From contig JAMPAC010000003.1 of the NCBI GenBank assembly GCA_023667395.1, positions 14,972 through 78,971 of the forward strand: a stretch of 64,000 bases of DNA. Direction: 5' to 3'. Source of the DNA: Blautia sp. (GTDB lineage Bacteria > Bacillota > Clostridia > Lachnospirales > Lachnospiraceae). The notes below the pieces were generated by a model that saw only the letters and a program-made list of their open reading frames with translations, searched no databases and had not been told where the DNA came from. The first letter of the stretch is position 1, and every line of letters starts with the position of its first letter. Of the stretch, positions 16,369 to 25,511 are shown piece by piece. Made by a program: the position numbers and the translations under genes.

Positions 16369-18651
16369 ATGAATTTGCAGGGAACATATACGGATATTGT
16401 GGAGATCGGTTCGGGCGGCGGCGGTACCGTCTTCCGGGCATTCCATGTGCGCATGGAGAAATATGTGGTTCTCAAGAAGATCCATGACAATATCAAAGAT
16501 AATGTGGATATCCAGGGGGAACTGAATATCCTGAAAAATCTGCGTCACGAATATCTGCCGACGGTGTTGGATTTTATCCAGGACGAGGGTTCTGTTTATA
16601 CGGTAATGGACTATATTCCCGGGGAATCGTTTGAGAATCTCCTGAACCGGGGAATACGTTTTACCCAGGCGCAGGTGAAAAAATATGCCGAACAGCTGGG
16701 GAAGGTGCTTGCTTATCTGCATGGCAAGACCCCGTCCATTGTACATGGCGATATCAAACCGGCGAATCTCATGCTGACGCCGGAAGACAATATCTGCCTG
16801 ATCGATTTCAATATTTCCCAGCTGCAGAATGGTGTCCTGAATCGAAATATGGGGTATACGCCCGGATATGCCTCCCCGGAGCAGGTGCGTATCGTATTGA
16901 TGCTGCAGCAGTATTATGCGGGGATGGCATCTTCGCAGAATGTAAACGCCGGGAGTGGTACTGTGCTGTTGGGGGCGGACGGAGCGCCGGTGCAGAACGC
17001 AGCCGCCGGGAGTGGTACGGTGCTGCTGGGGGCGGACGGAGTGCCTGTGCAGAACGTGAGTGCCGGGAGTGGTACTGTGTTGCTGGGGGCGGACGGAGCG
17101 CCTGTGCAGAACGCAGCTGCCGGGAGCGGGACGGTGCTGCTGGGGGCGGAAAGTGTGCCCGTGCAGCCCGGACAGCAGTGGGTGATGCCTGCCCTTTCGG
17201 AGAAGATGGATGTGCGTTCGGACATTTACAGTGCGGGAGCCACCCTGTATGCCATTTTCAGTGGAACGATCCCCAATGCGGATTTCTCCCAGATCATGCC
17301 AATTGAACGCCTGATGCCCAATTGTTCGGAGGGACTTGCCCGGCTGATCGATACCAGCATGCAGTATTACCTGGACGACCGGTTCCAGAGCGCTGCGGAA
17401 TTTCTTAAGGCAGTGGCGGATATCGACAAGGTTGATAAACGGTACAAACATCTGGTGCTGCGCCAGAACCTGACAGCCGTGGGATGCATTTTGGGGGCGG
17501 CGGTCTGTTCCATCATCGCCATCCTGGGATGGCAGCAGATGGGGATGGAACAGGCGGCTTCTTACAATGTGCTGATAGACCGGATGGAGGAACTGCGCGG
17601 GGAAGACGGGCAGGAGGAACAGTTGGAGGATCTTTACATGGAGGCAGTTGCCGCTTTCCCGGAACAGGCGGATGCCTATTACCAAAAGGCTGCCAGTCTC
17701 TATGAAAACCGTGATTACGAGGGACTGGAACGTTTTATCGAAAGGGAAGTCCTGGATCATACGGGAAGTTTCTCTGACGAGGAGACGGCAGCATTCTATT
17801 TTCTGCTGGCTAATGCCTGCCTGGAACTGGATGATCTGGATGACGCGCTGACCTACTACCGCACGGCAGTCAGATATAATGCCCATGACAGCACATACTA
17901 TTCCGATTATGCCATTGCACTGGCCAGGTCCGGCGATCTGGAGAAAGCCTGGGAGATCCTGGAATCCGCAGAAGAAAAGGGAGTGTCCAATGACAGGATA
18001 TTGCTTGCCCGGGGGGAGATTGCCTCCAGGCAGGGAAACCGGGAGGAGGCAGCGGAATGCTTTGCCCATTGTATTGCGGAAACGAAAGATACTTATGTAA
18101 TGCTCCGGGCTTATATCATGTGGGGCAGATTGTATGACGATACGGATGAAGCAGGACTGTTACAGAAAGCGGCAATCCTCACAGAGGGACTGGAGAAAGT
18201 AGAAGACACGGACCGCGCCATGGTTCTGGAGCAGCTGGCCCAGAGTTATATCGACCTGGGAACATTGACCATGAACAACGATTATAATATGCAGGCGATC
18301 TCCTGCCTGCAGGAAATTGCGGACAGGGGATGGGACAGCTATGTGACCCACAGTAACATCGGCGTCCTGTACCAGGCGGTTGGAAACTATGAACTGGCGC
18401 TGCAGGAATTTTCCGATATGCTGGAGTTTTATGGGGAAGATTATCGGACTTATAAGAGGTTGGCTTTCCTGGAGGCAAGGATCCAGATGGCACGGGAAAA
18501 ATCTGACAGGGACTACAGTCTGTTTGTGGATTACTATGATAAAGCGCGCCAGCTGTTTGCAGACAGCAACGTACAGGCGGATTCCGACATGGAAATGCAG
18601 ATGTTGGAAACGGCGTATGAGGAACTGGAAGCGGGCAATTGGCTGCCTTAG
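16369..18651 (+). CDS. Hanks-type Ser/Thr protein kinase with TM helix and C-terminal TPR domain
   Basis: ATG 16369 with GGAAGGA SD. G-loop GSGGGGTV, VLKK lysine, catalytic loop HGDIKPAN, DFN, SPE and DIYSAG. TM helix LTAVGCILGAAVCSIIAILGW, then about 380 aa of TPR-like repeats. Confidence 0.85.
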   Translation: MNLQGTYTDIVEIGSGGGGTVFRAFHVRMEKYVVLKKIHDNIKDNVDIQGELNILKNLRHEYLPTVLDFIQDEGSVYTVMDYIPGESFENLLNRGIRFTQAQVKKYAEQLGKVLAYLHGKTPSIVHGDIKPANLMLTPEDNICLIDFNISQLQNGVLNRNMGYTPGYASPEQVRIVLMLQQYYAGMASSQNVNAGSGTVLLGADGAPVQNAAAGSGTVLLGADGVPVQNVSAGSGTVLLGADGAPVQNAAAGSGTVLLGAESVPVQPGQQWVMPALSEKMDVRSDIYSAGATLYAIFSGTIPNADFSQIMPIERLMPNCSEGLARLIDTSMQYYLDDRFQSAAEFLKAVADIDKVDKRYKHLVLRQNLTAVGCILGAAVCSIIAILGWQQMGMEQAASYNVLIDRMEELRGEDGQEEQLEDLYMEAVAAFPEQADAYYQKAASLYENRDYEGLERFIEREVLDHTGSFSDEETAAFYFLLANACLELDDLDDALTYYRTAVRYNAHDSTYYSDYAIALARSGDLEKAWEILESAEEKGVSNDRILLARGEIASRQGNREEAAECFAHCIAETKDTYVMLRAYIMWGRLYDDTDEAGLLQKAAILTEGLEKVEDTDRAMVLEQLAQSYIDLGTLTMNNDYNMQAISCLQEIADRGWDSYVTHSNIGVLYQAVGNYELALQEFSDMLEFYGEDYRTYKRLAFLEARIQMAREKSDRDYSLFVDYYDKARQLFADSNVQADSDMEMQMLETAYEELEAGNWLP
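16948..17175 (+). repeat. 57-bp in-frame tandem repeat, 4 copies, inside the kinase domain
   Basis: Encodes AGSGTVLLGADG(A/V)PVQN(AA/VS) four times, between the SPE motif (subdomain VIII) and the DIYSAG motif (subdomain IX). Confidence 0.9.
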
Positions 18652-18665
18652 GAACGGAGGATGAA

Positions 18666-18806
18666 ATGACGGGCGGAACATTAATGTTTTATGGAGGCAT
18701 TGCGGGGTGTATCCTGTTTCTGCTGCTGCTGGTGATCGTGCTGGCAACGGCGGGAAAGAGCAGGCGCAGACTGCTGAACAGGATACAGAAGGAGGGCGAG
18801 TTATGA
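18666..18806 (+). CDS. Unlisted 46-aa single-pass membrane micro-protein, translationally coupled to essC
   Basis: MTGGTLMFYGGIAGCILFLLLLVIVLATAGKSRRRLLNRIQKEGEL. GGAGG SD at 18654-18658. Its TGA (18804-18806) overlaps the essC ATG (18803-18805) as ATGA. It is below the 60-aa cutoff of the ORF track. Confidence 0.6.
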   Translation: MTGGTLMFYGGIAGCILFLLLLVIVLATAGKSRRRLLNRIQKEGEL

Positions 18807-21800
18807 GTATTGTCATATCTGCCTATGCGCAGGCGGCATTTTGCGAGTTCCTGCTGCCCGCGGTAAACAACGCGGATGAGGAGATTGAATTACAGAAAGG
18901 AATCTTCGCCCTGCCTGAGGACGTGATCCTGCGCCTGGAAGTGGTGGAAAAGCAATGGTTCCTGCGGGAGACGGAACAATATACTTTTTCCAGGCAGAAA
19001 GGGGAGCAGGGCGGTCCGCTGAGGGATGGGGATATTTTCAACGTTTCTGAAAAGCGGGGCAACAGGATCTCCCTGATCGTGCGGGAAACGGAAGTGGCGT
19101 TTTCCGTATTCCGCAAGTATGATATTACGGCCTTGCAGGGTCTGACCATAGGAAACGAGCCGGACAATCAGATCATCTATCAGTCCCAGGGACTGGTTTC
19201 CGGCCACCATGCCGTCCTGCAGCGCACTCCCCAGGGATTCTGCGTGCAGGATAAAAGTTCCAACGGTACCTTTGTGAACGGCAGGAAAGTGAATGGCTCA
19301 CAGGAACTGCGGATTGGGGACTGCATCAATATTTTCGGGCTGAAGCTGGTATATCTGGGCAGCCTGATCGCCATATATGCCCCTGCGGAAAACGAGTGCG
19401 TGGTGTCGGCCGCTATCCCGGGATATGTGCAGCCCGCCATTCCGGTACAGAAAGAGGCGGGCAAACCCCAAAAGGACAGGAAATTTTTCCATCGCGCTCC
19501 CAGAAATTATTTAAACCTGGAGACGGAGACCATAGAGATCGAGGCGCCGCCTGCACCCAGGGAGGAGAATAAGCGTCCCCTCTGGATGGTGATCGGGCCT
19601 TCCTTCACCATGATGATCCCCATGCTGCTGGGCAGCATGATGGCGATCCTGAATGCGCGTTCTTCCGGCAGCAATTCAGGCCTGTATATGTATACCGGTA
19701 TCATTACGGCAGCGGGAAGCGCGCTGATCGGTATCTTCTGGGCGCTGACCAATCTCCGTTATAATAAGAAAGAGATCCAGCGGGGTGAGGAGACAAGGTT
19801 CCAGGCCTATGGGGACTATTTGATAAAGCGGGCGGATTTTATCAGGGAAAAGTATGAAAAGAGCCGTAATATTTTACATACCATGTATCCTGCGGCGAGT
19901 GTGGTGACAAATTACGGCGAGGGCAGCGCCGCATTATGGAACAGGAATCCCAAGCATGCTGATTTCATGCTGCAGAGGCTGGGGGTCGGCAATATCCCCT
20001 TTCAGATGGGGATCAATATACCGAAAGAGCGTTTTACCCTGAAAAGCGATGAACTTTCCGATAAGCCCCGGATGATTAAGGAGGAGTACAGTACCCTTTA
20101 CGATGTGCCCGTGGGTGTGGATCTGCTTTCCCATAAACTGATCGGCGTGGTGGGCGGCTCCAAGAAGCAGGGCGCTTTCGACATCGTGAGGCTGTTGACG
20201 GCGCAGATCGCGGCAAACAACTGTTACACGGATGTGAAACTGGTTTATATTTATGACAGGAATGAGGATGAGGAGGACTGGGAATATGCCCGCTGGCTGC
20301 CCCACGTGTGGAGCGAGGACAAGAAGACGCGTTTTGTGGCCAGCGACAAGTCAGAGGCCAGCGACGTGTTGTTTGAACTGACGGGCGTATTGCGTATGCG
20401 TTCCGAGGACGAGCAGCTGAAGAAATGCACGCTGCCCAAGCCCTATTATGTGCTGGTGGTTTCGGACGTGGCATTGCTGGAAGGCGAACTGATCACAAAA
20501 TATATCTACGGCGGGGAGGCGTGCTGCGGACTGACGACCCTGATCCTGGCCGAGAGCAGGGAACAGCTTCCCAATGAGTGTGAATACCTGCTGCAGAAAG
20601 ACGGGGAGTTCTGCGGTATCTATAACCTGACGGATGAGGAGCATCTGGAAGTCCGCTTTGATACCGTGTCCCCGGAGCAGATGGAATGTTTTGCCAGAAG
20701 GCTGCTTCCCATTGAAGTGCGGGAGATGGAAAAAGGGCGTGACATTCCCAACAGCCTTACTTTCTTCGAGATGCACAACGTACAGCGGCTCGAGGAACTG
20801 GATGTGGAGGAACGCTGGCGCAAGAACCGTACTTATGAGAACATGAGGGCGCTTTTGGGTGTAAAGGGGGGCGGGGCTCCCTGTTACCTGGACGTGCATG
20901 AGAAATATCACGGCCCCCACGGGCTGGTGGCGGGTACCACAGGTTCCGGAAAATCCGAGACCCTGCAGACTTATATGCTGTCCATGGCCATTAATTTCAG
21001 TCCTGACGATATCGGATATTTCATCATCGACTATAAGGGAGGCGGCATGGCGGGGCTGTTTGACGGGCTGCCCCATATGATCGGATCCATCTCCAACCTG
21101 TCCGGCAACCAGGTGCGCCGGGCGATGGTCTCCATTAAGAGCGAAAACCGCAGACGGCAGAGGATCTTCAATGAGAACAATGTAAATAACATCAACCTTT
21201 ACACGAAGCTTTATAAAAACGGGGAGGCGACCATACCCATTCCCCATATGTTCATTATCATAGACGAGTTTGCGGAATTGAAGCGGGAAGAGCCCGAGTT
21301 CATGAAAGAACTGATTTCCGTGGCGCAGGTGGGACGAAGCCTGGGCGTGCATCTGATCCTTGCCACCCAGAAACCCAGCGGCACGGTGGACGATAATATC
21401 TGGAGCAATGCAAAATTCCGTCTCTGCCTGCGGGTACAGGACAGACAGGACAGCAATGACATGCTGCACAAGCCGGATGCCGCTTATATCACGCAGGCAG
21501 GGCGCGGATATCTGCAGGTGGGCAATGACGAGGTTTATGAACTGTTCCAGTCCGGCTACAGCGGAGCCACATATGAGGAGAACGGGGCGAATGTGAAGAC
21601 GGAGATCGCTTCCATGATCTCCCTGCCCGGCAAGGCGGCATTGGTGGGCAACAGCCTGAAGAGCAGGCAGCAGAGCCAGAGGCGTAACGCCTGGGTGCAG
21701 AAACTGCTGCAGACAGTGAGGGCTGCAGCGGATGAAATGCAGCTTCCGGTTCCGGCTTATGCGGCGGCGCCGGATCGAATCGATCTGTTTTATGCGCAGG

Positions 21801-23779
21801 CGGAACAGCGGAAACTGGATTATCCGTATTCGGATTACAATGCCCGCAGGGTGGAGGATCTGATCCAACTCTATGCGGAGGAGTACGGACAACTGGAAGC
21901 CCGTCCCCTGGACGAACAGGCCCAGGCAGTCATAGACAGGGCGGACAGGCAGCACAGGAAACTTCCCGAGGCAAAGGGGAAGACCCAGCTGGATGCGGTT
22001 ATTGCCTACCTGGGGAAAGTGGCGGAGAAAGAGGGCTACGACCACCAGATGCAGCTGTGGATGCCCCTGCTGCCTAAGATGATGTATCTGAAAGAACTGA
22101 AAGGCTATGAGAAAGGCGTTTATGATGGGAAAAGCTGGCCGGATGCCGCAGGAAGCGGCAAATGGAACCTTGCGGTTCCCGTGGGATTATGCGATGATCC
22201 GGTGAACCAGGCACAGATGCCTTTGATCATCAATTTCACGGAAGGCGGAAATGTGGCTGTCTGCGGCATGATCGTAAGCGGCAAGAGCAGCTTCATGCAG
22301 ACGCTGCTGTTTTCCCTGATCAGCCGCTATCGACCGGACTGGCTGAATATTTATGCCATCGATTTCAGCAGCAGGATGCTTTCCTGTTTTGAACAGGCTC
22401 CCCATGTGGGCGGCGTGATGTATGAGGATGACGGGGAGAAGATTGACAAATTCTTCCATATCATGGAAGGCATCATTGAAGAGCGGAAGAAACTCTTCCG
22501 GGGAGGCAATTATGCCCAGTATGTGCAGGCCAACGGGGTGAAAGTTCCGGCAGTGGTGATAGCCATTGATAATGTGGGTGCTTTCCGGGAGAAGACGGAA
22601 AACAAGTATGACGACAGACTGCTGCGCCTGACAAAAGAAGGCGTAAGCTATGGGATTTACCTGGTATTGTCTGCAACAGGCTTTTCCTCCACGGAGATCA
22701 CCACGAAGATGGGGGACAATATCAAGACGGTCATCTGCCTGCAGATGAATGACAAATACGCCTATACGGACGCAATGCGCGTGAGCGGGCTGGAAGTGCT
22801 TCCGGAGAGCAATGTGAAAGGAAGGGGTCTTGCCCTGGTGGGCGAAAACGCATTGGAATTCCATACGGCGCTGGCTCTGGAGGCGGAGGATGACTTTAAG
22901 CGTATGGAAGCGGTAAGCGAGGTCTGTGCGCAGATGCGGGCAGGCTGGACAGGGGACTGCGCGAAGACCATCCCTGTCATTCCCGAGAAGCCTGTGTGGG
23001 CGGAATTCGAGCAGCTGCCGGATGTGCGCAGGCTGCAGGCGGAGAACCGTTATCTGCCCATCGGATATGACATGGGCAGCGCGGATATATACAGCATCGA
23101 CTTAGGCAGGACATTTACATATCTGATCTCCGGAAGATCGCGTACCGGCAAGACAAATCTCCTGAAGGCGGTGATCCGCTCCGCTGCTGCCAAAGAGGGC
23201 AGGCTCGTGATCATAGAGCATGAGGCTGCGGATCTGAAGTCTGCGGCCCAGGCCGCCAGCGCGGAATATATAGACAGCCAGAAGACCCAGGCGGATTTCT
23301 TCTCCGGACTGGTGGAACCTTTTAAACAGCGGAATCAGAAGAAACGTGCGCTGATAGAACAGGGAAAGGAGGAAGCCGAGATCTATCAGGCAATGCAGGG
23401 GGAGAAGCCATACTTTGTCGTGGTTTCAGACCTTGGCGCCTTTGTGCGGTCCGTTCAGAAGAAAGAAGAAGGGGTCCTGAACATTAAGGGATTCGTGGAA
23501 AATATTGCAGAAAAGGGCAAGCTTCATAATGTCTTTTTCTTCTTCGGAATCAATCCTGACGCCCTGGAAGGGGCATTGGGCACCAGACTTTATAATGCGT
23601 TTACCGGATACCATACCGGAATCCACCTGGGAGGTGCGGTCACCAATATCCGCTATTTTGATTTCAGCAATGTGACCTATATGGAGCAGAGCAAGACGCA
23701 GAAAGTGGGAATCGGCATGATTCCCCTGGGTAATGAGGATATGGCGGAAAAAGTGGTTATTCCGTTAGTCAGGGGGTAG
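18803..23779 (+). CDS. essC: T7SSb FtsK/SpoIIIE-family ATPase EssC
   Basis: 1658 aa from ATG 18803 (GGAGGG SD). FHA-like N-terminus (GHHAVLQ...SSNGTFVNG), two TM helices, D1 GLVAGTTGSGKSE...IIDYKGGGMA...FIIIDEFAELK, D2 VSGKSS, D3 RSRTGKTN. Confidence 0.92.
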   Translation: MSIVISAYAQAAFCEFLLPAVNNADEEIELQKGIFALPEDVILRLEVVEKQWFLRETEQYTFSRQKGEQGGPLRDGDIFNVSEKRGNRISLIVRETEVAFSVFRKYDITALQGLTIGNEPDNQIIYQSQGLVSGHHAVLQRTPQGFCVQDKSSNGTFVNGRKVNGSQELRIGDCINIFGLKLVYLGSLIAIYAPAENECVVSAAIPGYVQPAIPVQKEAGKPQKDRKFFHRAPRNYLNLETETIEIEAPPAPREENKRPLWMVIGPSFTMMIPMLLGSMMAILNARSSGSNSGLYMYTGIITAAGSALIGIFWALTNLRYNKKEIQRGEETRFQAYGDYLIKRADFIREKYEKSRNILHTMYPAASVVTNYGEGSAALWNRNPKHADFMLQRLGVGNIPFQMGINIPKERFTLKSDELSDKPRMIKEEYSTLYDVPVGVDLLSHKLIGVVGGSKKQGAFDIVRLLTAQIAANNCYTDVKLVYIYDRNEDEEDWEYARWLPHVWSEDKKTRFVASDKSEASDVLFELTGVLRMRSEDEQLKKCTLPKPYYVLVVSDVALLEGELITKYIYGGEACCGLTTLILAESREQLPNECEYLLQKDGEFCGIYNLTDEEHLEVRFDTVSPEQMECFARRLLPIEVREMEKGRDIPNSLTFFEMHNVQRLEELDVEERWRKNRTYENMRALLGVKGGGAPCYLDVHEKYHGPHGLVAGTTGSGKSETLQTYMLSMAINFSPDDIGYFIIDYKGGGMAGLFDGLPHMIGSISNLSGNQVRRAMVSIKSENRRRQRIFNENNVNNINLYTKLYKNGEATIPIPHMFIIIDEFAELKREEPEFMKELISVAQVGRSLGVHLILATQKPSGTVDDNIWSNAKFRLCLRVQDRQDSNDMLHKPDAAYITQAGRGYLQVGNDEVYELFQSGYSGATYEENGANVKTEIASMISLPGKAALVGNSLKSRQQSQRRNAWVQKLLQTVRAAADEMQLPVPAYAAAPDRIDLFYAQAEQRKLDYPYSDYNARRVEDLIQLYAEEYGQLEARPLDEQAQAVIDRADRQHRKLPEAKGKTQLDAVIAYLGKVAEKEGYDHQMQLWMPLLPKMMYLKELKGYEKGVYDGKSWPDAAGSGKWNLAVPVGLCDDPVNQAQMPLIINFTEGGNVAVCGMIVSGKSSFMQTLLFSLISRYRPDWLNIYAIDFSSRMLSCFEQAPHVGGVMYEDDGEKIDKFFHIMEGIIEERKKLFRGGNYAQYVQANGVKVPAVVIAIDNVGAFREKTENKYDDRLLRLTKEGVSYGIYLVLSATGFSSTEITTKMGDNIKTVICLQMNDKYAYTDAMRVSGLEVLPESNVKGRGLALVGENALEFHTALALEAEDDFKRMEAVSEVCAQMRAGWTGDCAKTIPVIPEKPVWAEFEQLPDVRRLQAENRYLPIGYDMGSADIYSIDLGRTFTYLISGRSRTGKTNLLKAVIRSAAAKEGRLVIIEHEAADLKSAAQAASAEYIDSQKTQADFFSGLVEPFKQRNQKKRALIEQGKEEAEIYQAMQGEKPYFVVVSDLGAFVRSVQKKEEGVLNIKGFVENIAEKGKLHNVFFFFGINPDALEGALGTRLYNAFTGYHTGIHLGGAVTNIRYFDFSNVTYMEQSKTQKVGIGMIPLGNEDMAEKVVIPLVRG

Positions 23780-23782
23780 GCC

Positions 23783-24517
23783 GTGATATCTATGCTTGTG
23801 TATGACAGCAGCAAGGCGGAACTGCAGGAAGTGAAACGACAGATTTATGACCTGGCGGCATGCCTGACAGATGAAAAGTGGGATGTGGCCTGTTTTTCCG
23901 ACTTAAGGGAGACGGAGGCTTTCTGCGCCGGGAATCCATTGCTTCACCTGGCCTGCTATGACGTGACGGAGGCTGGCAGTCTGGACTGCCTGAGCAGGAT
24001 CCGGAGCGGACAGGCTGATATGCTGCTGATGTTGGTCGCTGATGGGAAGATGTCTCCCATGGAGTATGTCAGGCCGGATATTTTTGCTTCCAGCCTGATC
24101 ATACGTCCCTTCGGGTCAGGATTGCTGCGGGACAAACTGCGCGATCTGATCCTGAAATATCTGGAGAGGCTGGAGCAGGATGATTCCGCAGAATGTTTCA
24201 TGCTGGATACGAAAGAGGGCGTGACCTCCATCCCTTACCGCAGGATCTATTACATGGAAGCCAGGGACAAGCGGATTTATCTGCGTCTGTGCGACAGGGA
24301 ATATGCATTTTACGGCACCATGGATGAACTGGAACGACGGCTTCCGGATAGCTTTTTGCGCTGCCACAGGAGTTTCCTGATAAACCGTCAGTACGTGGAG
24401 AAGATACTGCTTACACAGGGGGAGATTCATCTCTCCCATGGGATCACGGTACCGCTTTCGCGCAGTTATAAGCCGTGTTTCAAACAATTTTGGCAGGAGC
24501 GGTTATGGAAGAATTGA
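23783..24517 (+). CDS. LytTR-family DNA-binding regulator with a degenerate receiver-like N-terminus
   Basis: 244 aa. LytTR domain (IPYRRIYYMEARDKRIYLRL...FLRCHRSFLINRQYV). The N-terminal CheY-like fold has the conserved Lys-Pro replaced by Arg-Pro. GTG start lies 6 nt after AGGGGG. Confidence 0.8.
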   Translation: MISMLVYDSSKAELQEVKRQIYDLAACLTDEKWDVACFSDLRETEAFCAGNPLLHLACYDVTEAGSLDCLSRIRSGQADMLLMLVADGKMSPMEYVRPDIFASSLIIRPFGSGLLRDKLRDLILKYLERLEQDDSAECFMLDTKEGVTSIPYRRIYYMEARDKRIYLRLCDREYAFYGTMDELERRLPDSFLRCHRSFLINRQYVEKILLTQGEIHLSHGITVPLSRSYKPCFKQFWQERLWKN

Positions 24518-25161
24518 TCATTCTGCCGCAGCGGGAGTTCCAGGTGCTTGCAGCGGCATGGGGAATCGGGGAAATATTCGGGGTATGTCCCAGGGAAGAT
24601 ATGAGCGGTCTGGGACGGTCAGACCTACTGTATATTGTTCATGAAATGGCGCAGAAGAATATTTTGAAATTCGATGGCGCCAGATATGAGGTGCAGGAAC
24701 CCTATCGTTCCGTCCTGTGTTCCATCAGGGAAGCGGAACAGATCCTGGCGGTGGAGGATAGGGACGGATACGCATCAGTCTTTTATTTTGGCAGGGCGCT
24801 GGTCTGCCTGGAGGAAAGCGTGCAGGATGAGGACGCGGTACGCATCGGGATTTACGATCCGGGAAAATGCCGCAGTGTGCTGGAGGAGAAAGGGTTTCTG
24901 CCGCAGCCTTGCCCGGAGGGGAACCTGGCCGTCCTGCAGACCGAGGATGAGGCGGGGGAATGGCTGGAAAACGTTTCCGCAGGGGGCAGTGTGCCATATG
25001 TGTTCCGTTATCGGATCTTTGACAGCCTTAAGAGCCTGCAGGCGGAATATGATCTGGTGGAGGGCCCTTTTAACGATTGGATCGTGCATAAGAGCGGGGA
25101 AGAATTGCAGATTTCCCGCTATGACGGACAGCGTTTATATGAAAAACTTGTAATAAAATAG
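24505..25161 (+). CDS. Hypothetical soluble protein, T7SS-locus associated
   Basis: 218 aa from ATG 24505, overlapping the LytTR gene stop by 13 nt. No TM helix or motif recognised. Confidence 0.6.
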   Translation: MEELIILPQREFQVLAAAWGIGEIFGVCPREDMSGLGRSDLLYIVHEMAQKNILKFDGARYEVQEPYRSVLCSIREAEQILAVEDRDGYASVFYFGRALVCLEESVQDEDAVRIGIYDPGKCRSVLEEKGFLPQPCPEGNLAVLQTEDEAGEWLENVSAGGSVPYVFRYRIFDSLKSLQAEYDLVEGPFNDWIVHKSGEELQISRYDGQRLYEKLVIK

Positions 25162-25192
25162 CTTCTTAAGAAAGTGAAAAGACGGAAGCAGA

Positions 25193-25456
25193 ATGGAGGG
25201 GATGACTTTGATCCTGGTGGATGTGGTGGCGCCCAGTGTGGACAAAACATATGATTTTAAATTGGATGAAAATGCGCCGATCGCGCTGGTGGTGGAAGAG
25301 ATCACAGAAATGATCAGCCGCAGGGAACATTGCGAGATGATAGGCGATAAGGAGGATGTGCTGCTGTGCCGCTATGACGGGCAGGTAGTGCTGAACAGGC
25401 TTTCCTCCCTGAAAGACAGCGGAATAACGGACGGAACCCGTTTATTGCTGCTGTGA
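25193..25456 (+). CDS. esaB: YukD/EsaB-like ubiquitin-fold T7SS protein
   Basis: 87 aa. Beta-grasp-like pattern (LILVDV...KTYDFKLDENAPI...) with a C-terminal GITDGTRLLLL. Size and position are typical of EsaB/YukD. Confidence 0.6.
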   Translation: MEGMTLILVDVVAPSVDKTYDFKLDENAPIALVVEEITEMISRREHCEMIGDKEDVLLCRYDGQVVLNRLSSLKDSGITDGTRLLLL

Positions 25457-25511
25457 CCATGACAGGCCGGCTTCCTGCAGGTCCGATATTCGGAATGGAT
25501 GTGCAGCCCGT

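Noticed and set aside
16222-18069. 615-aa ORF on the minus strand opposite the kinase gene
   Set aside because: It lies antisense to a gene with clear kinase motifs. Its translation is rich in R/H/Q/P/L, has no motifs and no SD. It is a typical shadow ORF in GC-rich coding DNA.
18707-18802. Longer essC start at 18707 (as given in the ORF track)
   Set aside because: The extra 32 codons are in a different frame from, and overlap, the better-supported 46-aa micro-ORF. ATG 18803 has a GGAGGG SD, and the protein from MSIVISAY matches typical EssC N-termini.
20351-22045. 564-aa minus-strand ORF inside essC
   Set aside because: It lies antisense to the unambiguous EssC P-loop domains, has low-complexity composition and no start context.
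24674-25153. 159-aa alternative-frame ORF overlapping the 24505 gene
   Set aside because: It is Arg/Trp/Cys-rich, has no SD and is fully embedded in a better ORF that is translationally coupled to the LytTR gene.
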